NCBI GenBank assembly: GCA_965215515.1
Contig: OZ244057.1
Location: 1,408,001 to 1,472,000 of the forward strand
Direction of reading: 5' to 3'
DNA from: Oligoflexales bacterium
GTDB lineage: Bacteria; Bdellovibrionota_B; Oligoflexia; Oligoflexales; JAPPIL01
Length of the DNA stretch: 64,000 nt
Shown: positions 55,022 through 64,000 of the stretch, one piece after another
Layout: each line of letters begins with the position of its first letter
Numbering within the stretch: position 1 is the first letter of the stretch
The notes under the pieces: generated by a model
Database searches by the model: none
The model's input: the letters and a program-made list of their open reading frames with translations, nothing else
Told to the model about the DNA's origin: nothing
Made by a program: the position numbers and the translations under genes

Positions 55022-56350
55022 ATGGTGCAGAAGAAAAACCAGTACATCGAGGCACAACGGCTGAAGGGCTTCCCTGACTTTCTGCCTGCTGCCGCGGCGG
55101 TACGCGCTCACATCGCCGCGGTCGCGCAGCAGCAGGCGCGGTTAGCGGGTTTCAGTATGGTCGCTACCCCGACCCTTGAGTATGGGGCGACGTTGTGTGC
55201 TTCCGAGGGGCAGGAAACCCGCAAGGAGATGTATCGTTTTCAGGATCATGGCGGGCGTGATGTTGGGCTGCGGTTTGATTTGACTGTACCTCTGGCACGT
55301 TTTGTGGCGGAGCATCGTGCTGATTTGCTCTTTCCGCTGCGTAGTTTGCAATGCGGTAACGTTTTCCGCGGGGAAAAACCTCAGCGGGGGCGTTATCGTG
55401 AATTTCAGTTATGTGATCTCGATATTGCGGGCACGACCAGCAGTACTGCGGACGTGGAGGTTATCGCGCTGTTCTGCAATATTTTAGCCCAGCTACAACT
55501 AGGCACCTGGCGACTTGCCCTCGGTCATCGGCTGCTGTTGAATGCGGTGGTGAGCAAAATTTTTCCCGACCTCGACGACACTCGGTATGGCGAGCTATTG
55601 ATCGTCATCGACAAGCTGGCCAAACTAGAGCGGACGCGTATTGCAGAACTGCTGGTGGCAAAGAGCGGCGGCACTGCTACACAGGCGGAGGAGATACTCG
55701 CTGTGTTACAGCTCGATCTGGCGGGGGTGGGGGAATTTTTGCGCCATGACACACATCTGGAGACTGCGCTTACCACTTTGCAGCAAACACTGACAACCTT
55801 GCAACAGCTCAATAGCGATAGCAAGGGTCGCATTGTCTTCGATCTCTCGATTGCGCGTGGTTTGGATTACTACACGGGTATTGTGTTTGAGACAGTGCTC
55901 GACGACGCACCGCAGCTCGGTGCGATCTGTTCGGGGGGGCGCTACGATAATCTGATCGCACGCTTCACGTCGCAGCCCTGTGCAGGAGTGGGTGGCTCGA
56001 TCGGTATCGATCGCCTCGTGCCCCATCTCGTCGCACGTGCACAGGCTACACGTACCGCTGCCGAAGTGTATGTCGCGGTGGCTACTGCCACGGCGCGCCT
56101 CTACGCGCTGCACACCGCTTCTTTCTTGCGGAGCAAAGGGGTGTGCACGGCAATGGATGTCTCCGCGCGGAGTTTGAAACATCAGCTCAGGTATGCGCAT
56201 CGTGGTGACTATCTGTGGGTGGTAATTGTCGGGGACGAGGAGATGCAGAGCGAAACCGTGACCCTGCGCAACATGCAGACAGGTGTTGAACGGAAGGGAA
56301 TCGTAAGAAAAATATTGCCGATGACGATTGCCGCTGCGAGTGACTCCTAG
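55022..56350 (+). CDS. hisS: Histidine--tRNA ligase
   Basis: KGFPDFLP, LRFDLTVP, FRGEKPQRGRYREF, RGLDYYTG.VFE, GGRYD. Confidence 0.97.
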   Translation: MVQKKNQYIEAQRLKGFPDFLPAAAAVRAHIAAVAQQQARLAGFSMVATPTLEYGATLCASEGQETRKEMYRFQDHGGRDVGLRFDLTVPLARFVAEHRADLLFPLRSLQCGNVFRGEKPQRGRYREFQLCDLDIAGTTSSTADVEVIALFCNILAQLQLGTWRLALGHRLLLNAVVSKIFPDLDDTRYGELLIVIDKLAKLERTRIAELLVAKSGGTATQAEEILAVLQLDLAGVGEFLRHDTHLETALTTLQQTLTTLQQLNSDSKGRIVFDLSIARGLDYYTGIVFETVLDDAPQLGAICSGGRYDNLIARFTSQPCAGVGGSIGIDRLVPHLVARAQATRTAAEVYVAVATATARLYALHTASFLRSKGVCTAMDVSARSLKHQLRYAHRGDYLWVVIVGDEEMQSETVTLRNMQTGVERKGIVRKILPMTIAAASDS

Positions 56351-57762
56351 ATGTTTGCTACCAGCCAGCTCAGTAGTCGGTCTTGTTGTGTGCGCAAGAG
56401 GGTGAGGGGAGGTTGGGGTTGGTCGGCATGCCCGTTCGCAAGGAGCACAAAGGCGATCATTTCGTGGCGTTCAGAAAAGTAATACCCCGCCAATCCTGCC
56501 ACCGTGCGTGGCGAGGTTAGCGTGCCTGTCTTAGCACGGATCAGGCCTTTGTGCTGGGGCAAACGTTCACTGACCGTTCCTTCGAGCCCGCTAGCGGGTA
56601 AACTGGCGAGAAAATCAGGAAACAGGCGCATGCGGCGTGCCACGTGATACAGGACTGTGGCAAGTTGTGTCGCCGTCAAACGGTTGTCAACACTGAGCCC
56701 CGAGCCGTTTTTGAGGGTGAAAGGCGAGGTAATACCGACCTCAGTACGCAGCCAAGCCCGCAGCTGTTCGATGCCCGCGGTAAGCGTGCCACGTTGCCGT
56801 GTGTCAGCACCGAGTTTTTTGATCAGCATATCAGCGATATGATTGTTAGAGAACGTATTCAGCCCTTTGACGATATACCCCAGCGGATAACCTTCGATGC
56901 TGTGCAAAGGCACACGCGGAGCGTCGCCGACAGCTAGTTGTTTACCCAATACTCGCACATCCTGCTGATGCAGGAAACTACGCACATAGGCACGGGCGAT
57001 GTCCCGCGGCGCTGACACAGAACGGTAGAAAGTGCGTGGCTTGCTGCCCACCGCAATACGACCGCGGGCTATTATCTTGTTGAAAGTCTTGCCCGTGCCA
57101 GTGCGACGCACAACGTTGAGCGCAGTGCGCGGTGCAGAGGCGACCGTGTGCACATGATTGTCGATGGTAACGGCCGCGAGCGGAAAGGGAGAAAGCGTAA
57201 CCGTAGCACGTTGCCCCACCCGTGCGGCAGGAACGACAAGCACGGCAACCGTGTTGAAGTTGATGCTGAAAGCAGTCACAGGCGCATCATAGGCACTGCG
57301 GCTGGCCACACCACTGCGGATCGTAGGGTGCTCGAACAAACCGTTGTCGATAATAACCCTACCCTCGATGGTGTTGATGCCGATGCTCTTGAGATGAGAA
57401 GCAAACATCCACATTTTTTCAGAAACTAAATAAGGATCACCACCGCCAACCACGACAAGATCACCGTGAATCCTGTCATGCTGTCGTTTGCCACGATAAA
57501 AGACAGGCGTAGTGAACTGATGCGCAGCTCCCCAAGTATCAAGAGCCACGGCGGTAGTAATCAACTTGGTCAACGAAGCAGGGATAAGCAGTCGGTCGGC
57601 ATCGTGACTGAACAGCGTCGTGCCATCGCTTATCTTGCGCACCAACACCGCCTGCTGCACACGGTACGCCCCGTTGTCGAGCAGCGCAGGAGGCAGCTGT
57701 CGCACCGCGCGACTCACACCCGACCAAGTACACAGCGTTGCAGCTAGCACAATTTTCAACAT
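56347..57762 (-). CDS. dacB: D-Ala-D-Ala carboxypeptidase/endopeptidase (PBP4, peptidase S13)
   Basis: PASLTK (SxxK), GGGDP, SNN, NGSGLS, AKTGTL. Confidence 0.93.
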   Translation of the reverse strand: MLKIVLAATLCTWSGVSRAVRQLPPALLDNGAYRVQQAVLVRKISDGTTLFSHDADRLLIPASLTKLITTAVALDTWGAAHQFTTPVFYRGKRQHDRIHGDLVVVGGGDPYLVSEKMWMFASHLKSIGINTIEGRVIIDNGLFEHPTIRSGVASRSAYDAPVTAFSINFNTVAVLVVPAARVGQRATVTLSPFPLAAVTIDNHVHTVASAPRTALNVVRRTGTGKTFNKIIARGRIAVGSKPRTFYRSVSAPRDIARAYVRSFLHQQDVRVLGKQLAVGDAPRVPLHSIEGYPLGYIVKGLNTFSNNHIADMLIKKLGADTRQRGTLTAGIEQLRAWLRTEVGITSPFTLKNGSGLSVDNRLTATQLATVLYHVARRMRLFPDFLASLPASGLEGTVSERLPQHKGLIRAKTGTLTSPRTVAGLAGYYFSERHEMIAFVLLANGHADQPQPPLTLLRTQQDRLLSWLVANI

Positions 57763-57848
57763 GGCCTTAACATTATATCACACACACGCTAAACTCAAAA
57801 AAGTGTGCTCGACAGTTCTTTGCCAGATGACGACTAAGGAGAGATCAT

Positions 57849-58769
57849 ATGCAGCAGTTGGTAACGATTATCGGTACGGGACCAGCGGGCTTGACCGCCG
57901 CTATCTACGCAGCACGAGCAGCGTTGCAGCCTATCGTCTATGCGGGTTCACAGCACGGCGGTCAGCTAATGACCACCACTGAGGTGGAAAACTTTCCAGG
58001 TTTTGAAAACCCTATCCTAGGCCCCACCCTGATGGAAGAGATGACCAAGCAGGCACAACGTCTGGGCGTGGAAGTTGTGCATGAAGAGATCAGCAAAGTC
58101 GATTTCAGCACCGAGCCGTTGACTCTATGGGCGGGGAACAAACAGTTCACTTCCGTCACCGTTATCATCGCAGTCGGAGCAACTGCTCGTACCCTCGGCT
58201 TGCCACGCGAAAAGGAACTGATGGGACGTGGGATATCCACCTGTGCCACCTGCGATGGCTTTTTCTATCGCGACAAGAAGGTGATGGTCGTTGGAGGAGG
58301 AGATTCGGCGATGGAAGAGTCACTCTATCTCAGCAAAGTATGTCGCGAGGTCTTGCTTGTGCATCGCCGCGACCAGTTTCGCGCTTCGCCTATCATGCTG
58401 GCACGCACCCGCAAAAACGACAAAATTAAATTCCTCACCCCCCATCAGGTAACCGCTACCCAAGCCGACCAGAGTGGCTTGACAGGCGTAGTACTCGAGC
58501 ATCAGGTATCGCGTCAAACACAGACCATCGCCGTCGACGGCCTGTTCATGGCCATCGGGCACATCCCTAACTCAGCGGTTTTCGCCCCCTACATACGTAC
58601 CGACGAGCACGGTTACATCAAAACCTCTGACCACACACGCACCAACGTACCCGCCGTCTTTGCCGCAGGTGACATTGCCGACCCTCATTTCAAACAAGCG
58701 GTTACCGCCGCAGGCATGGGTTGTCAGGCGGCCCTACTCGCACAAAGATACATAGAGGCGCTGGCATAA
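57849..58769 (+). CDS. trxB: Thioredoxin reductase
   Basis: IIGTGPAGLTAAIY, CATCDG, GGGDSAMEE, FAAGD, QAVTAAG.GC. Confidence 0.97.
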   Translation: MQQLVTIIGTGPAGLTAAIYAARAALQPIVYAGSQHGGQLMTTTEVENFPGFENPILGPTLMEEMTKQAQRLGVEVVHEEISKVDFSTEPLTLWAGNKQFTSVTVIIAVGATARTLGLPREKELMGRGISTCATCDGFFYRDKKVMVVGGGDSAMEESLYLSKVCREVLLVHRRDQFRASPIMLARTRKNDKIKFLTPHQVTATQADQSGLTGVVLEHQVSRQTQTIAVDGLFMAIGHIPNSAVFAPYIRTDEHGYIKTSDHTRTNVPAVFAAGDIADPHFKQAVTAAGMGCQAALLAQRYIEALA

Positions 58770-58810
58770 GGGTGTTTTTCGTCCTTTGCGTTGCTTCGCC
58801 ATGCCATAGT

Positions 58811-59386
58811 TCAGTAGAGCAACCACTCGGTCAGCAGCGCCCCGCCTGTGATAAAGGGTAAGCCGCAGGCTTTCACCAACAGCCAGATGGAGTTACGCGT
58901 CTTGAGGGCGCAGTAGGCAACCAGTGCCGCGTGGATGAGCAGCCACAGCATTAGGTGTTGTGTCATGCGGGTAAAAAAGGGGATACGACTGTCGTCGAAC
59001 ATCAGTGCCAACTGTTCAGGCGGGAGGGCGAGGTCGGCGTTGTCGAGCATAGTGCGTAGCTTGGGCAGCATCTTGATCATCAGCGGCGTATCGAAATACT
59101 GGAAGTAGGCGAGCACCGCCGCGAGGATTATCCCCGTGACGACTGGCTGTAGTTTGAAGTATACGGGGGTTTTGAGTTTGATAGAGATGAGGCCAGTGAC
59201 CAGCATGGTAACGACGATAACCACTACCTCGTAGTCAAACTCCCCCATCAGCCACCATGTCACTCCGCCCATCGCCGCAGCGGTGGTGATGGCGGTGATA
59301 ATACTGGTGCGTAGGTTACGGGTATAGTAATCGACGAGCACGAACAGGATCATCGGTAACAGGCCGATCAGCAGAAGCATAAACAT
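58811..59386 (-). CDS. IspZ/YciB-like inner membrane protein
   Basis: LP.ILF, FKLQP, multiple TM segments. Confidence 0.7.
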   Translation of the reverse strand: MFMLLLIGLLPMILFVLVDYYTRNLRTSIITAITTAAAMGGVTWWLMGEFDYEVVVIVVTMLVTGLISIKLKTPVYFKLQPVVTGIILAAVLAYFQYFDTPLMIKMLPKLRTMLDNADLALPPEQLALMFDDSRIPFFTRMTQHLMLWLLIHAALVAYCALKTRNSIWLLVKACGLPFITGGALLTEWLLY

Positions 59387-59516
59387 GAGTCATCCCTGTA
59401 ATAATCAGACTTTACTTGTAATTTTACCGCCGCTGTGGTGAGAAGAAAAGGCGTGTTGAGCTAGACGCGCAGTTATGAGAAAATGGCAACATGTGTTCAT
59501 AAAGGGGACTGGTATC

Positions 59517-60266
59517 ATGCGTTCTTCTAATCCTACCTTGGGTCGTGACGTTTTCGCCGCCAGCCCTGTTGTGGGCGGTGCACAGATGACTATCAATGGC
59601 ACGATCAACAGGTGCTTGGTTTTGTTGGCGGTCATTCTCTGTACTGCGGGCTGGGTGTGGAGTAGTCTGCACGATCCGCTGGCGGTAGAACCTCACCCTG
59701 CCCTGATGGGTTTGATCGGTGGTGGTGCGATCTTTGGTCTTGTTGTCGCTTTGATTACGGTCTTCAAAGCTTCGTGGTCACCGATTACCGCGCCCATTTA
59801 CGCTTTATGTGAAGGCGTGTTTTTAGGCGGTATATCTGCCATGCTGGAGATGCAGTTTCCTGGCATCGCCATCCAGGCGGTGGGGTTGACTTTCGGCACC
59901 CTGGTCGGCATGCTGCTCGCGTATCGGGCGGGGGTTATTCGTGCAACAGAAAAATTCAAAGCTGTTGTTTGCGCCGCGACTTTGGGTATTTTCGTTTTTT
60001 ATCTCGCGTCGTTTTTGCTCGGCATATTCGGCGTGAGTATCCCTTATATTCATGGCAGCGGGCCGATCGGCATCGGGGTCAGTCTTTTTGTCGTTGCCAT
60101 CGCCGCCCTCAATCTCATTCTCGATTTTGATCTTATCGAGCAGGGGGCGAAGAGCAGTGCGCCGCGTTATATGGAATGGTATGGTGCTTTTGGGTTGATG
60201 GTGACGCTGGTCTGGCTTTACGTCGAATTTTTGATTCTGTTGGCTAAGCTGCGCAGCAACGACTAG
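59517..60266 (+). CDS. Bax inhibitor-1/YccA family membrane protein
   Basis: MRSSNP, MT..G, YA..EG.FLG, LILDFD.IE, EWYGAFGLMVTLVWLY.E. Confidence 0.9.
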   Translation: MRSSNPTLGRDVFAASPVVGGAQMTINGTINRCLVLLAVILCTAGWVWSSLHDPLAVEPHPALMGLIGGGAIFGLVVALITVFKASWSPITAPIYALCEGVFLGGISAMLEMQFPGIAIQAVGLTFGTLVGMLLAYRAGVIRATEKFKAVVCAATLGIFVFYLASFLLGIFGVSIPYIHGSGPIGIGVSLFVVAIAALNLILDFDLIEQGAKSSAPRYMEWYGAFGLMVTLVWLYVEFLILLAKLRSND

Positions 60267-60281
60267 GAGATCGTCGTGTGT

Positions 60282-60713
60282 TTATGGCATCGCTTTTATG
60301 CGCAAAAAAATACCGAAAGCGTGGAAGGCAAGGGCGAAGAGGAACATCGACAGCAGAAGTCCCATTGTCAGTGACAGCAGATCGAGATCGAGGCTGGGTT
60401 GGGTGAGTGACTTCAGCAGCAGTAGCGGCCCCAGCGCGATGCTGCCCGCAAGAATGCCGCCTGCTTGCCAGAGTTTGAAGCGTGGCGGGAGGCAGGAGTA
60501 AGGCAGGGTGAGGGCGAAGAGGATGTGCACAAGACCACACAGGGTACTGTGTCCGTGTGCACTGCGGGCGAGGGTATGTTGCCAAGCGGCGAGATGTTGC
60601 GGGGCCGTGAGGTAGAGTTCGGTCATTTCGTTGACGATGAATGTGCCCAGTGACGCGCTGAGAAAGACGAGCACGAAGCCGATGACCATGTTGATGAGGG
60701 CGAGACGGGTCAC
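60282..60713 (-). CDS. Hypothetical four-TM membrane protein
   Basis: Hydrophobic helices, SAHGH motif; overlaps the rppH stop. Confidence 0.65.
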   Translation of the reverse strand: MTRLALINMVIGFVLVFLSASLGTFIVNEMTELYLTAPQHLAAWQHTLARSAHGHSTLCGLVHILFALTLPYSCLPPRFKLWQAGGILAGSIALGPLLLLKSLTQPSLDLDLLSLTMGLLLSMFLFALAFHAFGIFLRIKAMP

Positions 60714-61162
60714 GGGGTGAGCAGTCCTAGCAGTTGCAGTCCTTCACGGTAAGCGTCAGTTTTCCAGGCGATGGTGTGTTGCAGCAGTTCGGCACGGGTT
60801 GTCCAGTCATAGGCACTGAATTCGTGATTGGAGCGGCTCAGGTCGGGCTGGCAGCCTTCCCAGAAACGCAGTTGAAACCAGCGATGGCATTGGCCGCGAT
60901 ATTTCTGGGCAATCGGTGCGGTGAGGTCGGGGGGGAAATCGTAGCATACTGTCTTGTGTGTTTTTTTGATGACGGCGAAACCGCGTGTGCCGAGTTCTTC
61001 GTGCATTTCGCGCTGCAGTGCTGCGTCTTCGCTCTCGCCTTCCTCCAGTCCTCCTTGGGGTAGCTGCAGTCCTACGGGATAGTCGCAACGGCGGCAGACG
61101 AGCACGAGTCCCATGTCGTTGACGAACACGCCTGTCACGCCGCGGCGGTAGGGCAAGTTCAC
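60710..61162 (-). CDS. rppH: RNA pyrophosphohydrolase (Nudix)
   Basis: YR.GV, Q.PQGG...GE....A..RE..EELG, YRGQ...WF; GTG start overlaps the thiolase stop. Confidence 0.88.
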   Translation of the reverse strand: MNLPYRRGVTGVFVNDMGLVLVCRRCDYPVGLQLPQGGLEEGESEDAALQREMHEELGTRGFAVIKKTHKTVCYDFPPDLTAPIAQKYRGQCHRWFQLRFWEGCQPDLSRSNHEFSAYDWTTRAELLQHTIAWKTDAYREGLQLLGLLTP

Positions 61163-62319
61163 GTTAGACGCTCGACGATAACGGCACAAGCCTCGCCGCC
61201 ACCGATACAGAGGGTGGCGAGACCGAAGCGTTTGTTGTGGGTGGCGAGGGCGTGCAGTAGTGTCACCAGGACGCGGCTACCGCTCGCGCCGATGGGATGA
61301 CCGAGCGCTACGGCACCACCGCAGACGTTAACTTTGTTGTGGTCGAGGTCGAGTTCTTGCATTGCGGCCATAGGTACGACGGCGAAGGCTTCATTGATTT
61401 CAAACAAATCGATGTCGCTGATTTTCATTTCAGCTTGTGCACACACCTGGCGAATTGCCGCGATCGGTGCGGTGGTGAACCATTCGGGGGCTTGGGCGTG
61501 TTGTGCTTGGGCGACGATGCGTGCTAGTGGTTTCACGCCAGGAAGGGCATGGGGAGCGGTGAGCACCAGCAGTGCTGCACCATCACTGATGGAGGAGGCA
61601 TTGCCCGCGGTGACCGTGCCGTCCTTTTTGAAGGCGGGGCGGAGGGTGGGTAGGCGGTCGAGATTGACGGCGAATGGTTCTTCGTCTTTTGTTACCATTT
61701 TGTCGGACGCAACTTTCAGGGGCAGCACTTCACGGCTGAACTGTCCGTTTTCCCAGCAGGCACGGGCACGCTGGTAGCTGTGCAGGGCGTAGGTGTCTTG
61801 TGCGCTGCGGCTGAAGTTGTATTTGGCCGCGCACAGTTCGCCACAGTTGCCCATAGCACTGCCGTCGTAGGCATCGCACAAACCATCGTGCTGCATGTGG
61901 TCGAGCAGTTGTGCAGTGCCCAGACGCAGGCCTTTGCGGACGGCGGGCAATAGGTGTGGTGCAAGCGACATGTTCTCCTGTCCGCCTGCGAAGATCACTT
62001 GTGCGTCACCGCTGCGAATGGTGCGATCGGCGAGCATGACGGTATGCAGTCCGCTGCCACAGACTTTGTTGATGGTGGTCGCGGGCACGCGGTCGGGCAG
62101 ACCACCACCTCGTCCTGCCTGCCGTGCGGGTGCTTGTCCGTTGCCTGCGGTCAACACTTGGCCGACCAACAGTTCGCCAATTTGCTCTGCTGCTTGCGGT
62201 AGTTCTTGCCGTGCTGCCGCGATGAGCGGTTGCAGTAGTGCAGGTGCGGGTAGGTGCGCCAAAAGTCCCATGAAACGTCCGATCGGCGTGCGCCGCGCGA
62301 AAACAATTTCTGTCATCAT
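61159..62319 (-). CDS. Acetyl-CoA C-acyltransferase (thiolase)
   Basis: RTPIG, INKVCGSG, GNASSISDGA, NEAFA, GHPIGASG, LCIGGG. Confidence 0.96.
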   Translation of the reverse strand: MMTEIVFARRTPIGRFMGLLAHLPAPALLQPLIAAARQELPQAAEQIGELLVGQVLTAGNGQAPARQAGRGGGLPDRVPATTINKVCGSGLHTVMLADRTIRSGDAQVIFAGGQENMSLAPHLLPAVRKGLRLGTAQLLDHMQHDGLCDAYDGSAMGNCGELCAAKYNFSRSAQDTYALHSYQRARACWENGQFSREVLPLKVASDKMVTKDEEPFAVNLDRLPTLRPAFKKDGTVTAGNASSISDGAALLVLTAPHALPGVKPLARIVAQAQHAQAPEWFTTAPIAAIRQVCAQAEMKISDIDLFEINEAFAVVPMAAMQELDLDHNKVNVCGGAVALGHPIGASGSRVLVTLLHALATHNKRFGLATLCIGGGEACAVIVERLT

Positions 62320-62346
62320 GTTGCTAGTTCCTCTAAAAAATACAAC

Positions 62347-62375
62347 TTGACTATAAATGCAAATATCTTTAGTTT
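62347..62375 (+). promoter_or_regulatory. Sigma70 promoter for tRNA-Met
   Basis: TTGACT-17 nt-TAGTTT just upstream of the tRNA. Confidence 0.55.
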
Positions 62376-62388
62376 CAAGCCGCTATGC

Positions 62389-62462
62389 GGCGGGGTAGCT
62401 CAGGTGGTTAGAGCGGTGGTCTCATAACCCACAGGTCGGGGATTCAACTTCCCCCTCCGCCA
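62389..62462 (+). tRNA. tRNA-Met(CAT), elongator-type, CCA not encoded
   Basis: GGCGGGG/CTCCGCC acceptor stem with paired G1-C72, D-arm GCTC/GAGC, anticodon loop CTCATAA, T-arm GGGGA-TTCAACT-TCCCC. Confidence 0.9.
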
Positions 62463-62657
62463 TTAAGAGCCAGCCGTTGTGCGATTTGCGACCTCACCGT
62501 CGGCAGCCCCAAGCGTGGCGGGATAAGATGCAAGTGAAGCTTGTGATGCCAGGCTCGATGTAGGACTCAGGAGTATCAACGCTACAACGTGGAGGACAGA
62601 GCGGGAGCGAGCCATGCTAGTATTAGACAGCGTTATTTTTGTCCACGCGGCAGGTAA

Positions 62658-63317
62658 CTAGCGCGCCGCGGGGTGGAAATCGACCAGTCTAGTGTCGGGA
62701 TGGGCAATCTTGCTACTGCTGCCGAAAACGTGCACGGTAATCAGCCCCGCCTTCACCGCGGCAGCTTCAGCGTGGTTGCTCGCTTGCGCGTAGGCTAAAC
62801 AACCGAAGATACGCTTACCCTCGCAGCGAGGCAAAAGAATATGCGGTGACGATGCTCGCCAGCGCGGGAAATTGCGCACATACCTGGCGACAAACCTACC
62901 CACATCCTCGTGGCTCAGGGTTACCTTAGTTTCGATGACAACGATGTCGCGTCTGCCGCTGGCAATAATGTCGATTTCACCCAACTCCTCCTTCCCGTCT
63001 GTCTGTGCCTGTACCTCGACGTTGGGTACGAGATGGGTGACATCGAGGTCGGCGTATCCTTCTAGGGTGTCGATGATACCAGATTCGATGGCGAACTCAG
63101 CCAACTTCCCCAACTTGCGGGAAAGCTCTCCCATCTTGATCGCCCACTCGCGACGATCGGCCTTGCGCTTGTCCTCGTAATCTTTGCGATCGGCCTTGCG
63201 CCTGTCCTCGTAATCTTTGCGATCAGCGGCACGTGCCTCGCGCTCGGCCGCCAACGCGGCCTCAAAGCGATCGAGCTTGGCCTCTAACGAAAGAGGCTTT
63301 TTTTTCTCGTCACTCAT
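62658..63317 (-). CDS. Coiled-coil + PD-(D/E)XK nuclease-fold protein (DUF3782-like)
   Basis: Charged coiled coil, LG...E, GEIDII...VIETK; ATG 63317 after GGGAGG. Confidence 0.75.
   Translation of the reverse strand: MSDEKKKPLSLEAKLDRFEAALAAEREARAADRKDYEDRRKADRKDYEDKRKADRREWAIKMGELSRKLGKLAEFAIESGIIDTLEGYADLDVTHLVPNVEVQAQTDGKEELGEIDIIASGRRDIVVIETKVTLSHEDVGRFVARYVRNFPRWRASSPHILLPRCEGKRIFGCLAYAQASNHAEAAAVKAGLITVHVFGSSSKIAHPDTRLVDFHPAAR
63154..63224 (-). repeat. 33-bp in-frame tandem repeat (11 aa, ADRKDYED.RK)
   Basis: Units at 63154 and 63187, partial unit at 63220. Confidence 0.9.
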
Positions 63318-63458
63318 CGGTATCCCTCCCACACACGCACCACCCCTCAATGATACCTCTGCCGTTTTGAGCAAGTCAAGGCGCGGCAGCGCGACCCGCA
63401 TCGTTATGCTGAGCTGCTGTAGGCCACTTGTCGGTTAAAGTTAGTCAGGCACTGCCGC

Positions 63459-63998
63459 TTAGAAGATGAGGTGACAGCTGCGGCGAGGACGCAGCCCGTC
63501 ACACTTACGCCGTGCGGCGGCGACCTCATCGATGCTCAAGGTGCGTACCGTGAGTAGTTCAAGACGAAAATCGCTGTCGGAGGTGGCGATGATGTTGGTG
63601 TCGATGAAGTAAATGCTGTTACTTGCCACCCAGGCATTTTCTCGCCCGTAAAGATGGACGTTGATCGGCTCGCGGTTGCGCACCTTCCGCCACAAGGCAT
63701 CGATGGCAGTGCGGGAACGCAGATCGACACTCACACCCGTTCCCGCGTCAGGAAAGCTAGGCACCGACCAGAACTGCACGTTGAAAGGGTTGTAGGCCAG
63801 CAGTTTGGCATTGTCCTGAAAACCTAGCTTCTGTACTCCGAAAGCAGCAGCCTCGACGGAGGTCGGATACAGGGGACAATCGATCGACAACACGAAAGAA
63901 ACCATCTTCGGGGACAATACCTTGCCACGCCGTTCGATACGCCCACCGCCGCCACTACAAGGAATACCCATCGCAGTCCACTGACTATCCCGATAAAA
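63459..63998 (-). CDS. Hypothetical protein, probably 5' partial at the window edge
   Basis: Frame stays open from ATG 63971 to the window end; no recognisable motif. Confidence 0.5.
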   Translation of the reverse strand, partial: FYRDSQWTAMGIPCSGGGGRIERRGKVLSPKMVSFVLSIDCPLYPTSVEAAAFGVQKLGFQDNAKLLAYNPFNVQFWSVPSFPDAGTGVSVDLRSRTAIDALWRKVRNREPINVHLYGRENAWVASNSIYFIDTNIIATSDSDFRLELLTVRTLSIDEVAAARRKCDGLRPRRSCHLIF

Positions 63999-64000
63999 AC

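Overview
A 64 kb, moderately GC-rich stretch of bacterial core chromosome with about 55 genes. It covers translation (rplI, rpsF, pth, rplY, rpmG, ychF, miaB, hisS, ffh, tRNA-Ala, tRNA-Met), replication and division (dnaB, polA, ftsZ, ftsK, dacB), envelope and export (secA, yajC, lgt, YfgM/BamB-like, LptE-like), sigma factors (RpoH-type, FliA) and amino-acid/nucleotide scavenging enzymes. Gene content suggests a Bdellovibrionota/Oligoflexia-like or related deltaproteobacterial lineage; this is inference only. No CRISPR array, prophage or intact transposase is visible. The most notable observations are: (1) a coupled methyltransferase + PyrD-like flavoprotein + HD dNTPase unit in which the PyrD keeps its FMN ligands but has lost its dihydroorotate-binding and catalytic residues; (2) a MiaB with a 66-bp tandem repeat built from its own N-terminus; (3) a collapsed flagellar locus (fliO directly before fliA) with sigma54/enhancer-like signals; (4) an FtsK lacking the gamma domain, in a region with patchy strand skew and many broken operons; (5) three orphan IS-end-like repeats; (6) a 6S-like structured intergenic RNA candidate; (7) a DnaA-box pair with an IHF-like site. 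All product calls come from motif recognition by eye; no database search was run.
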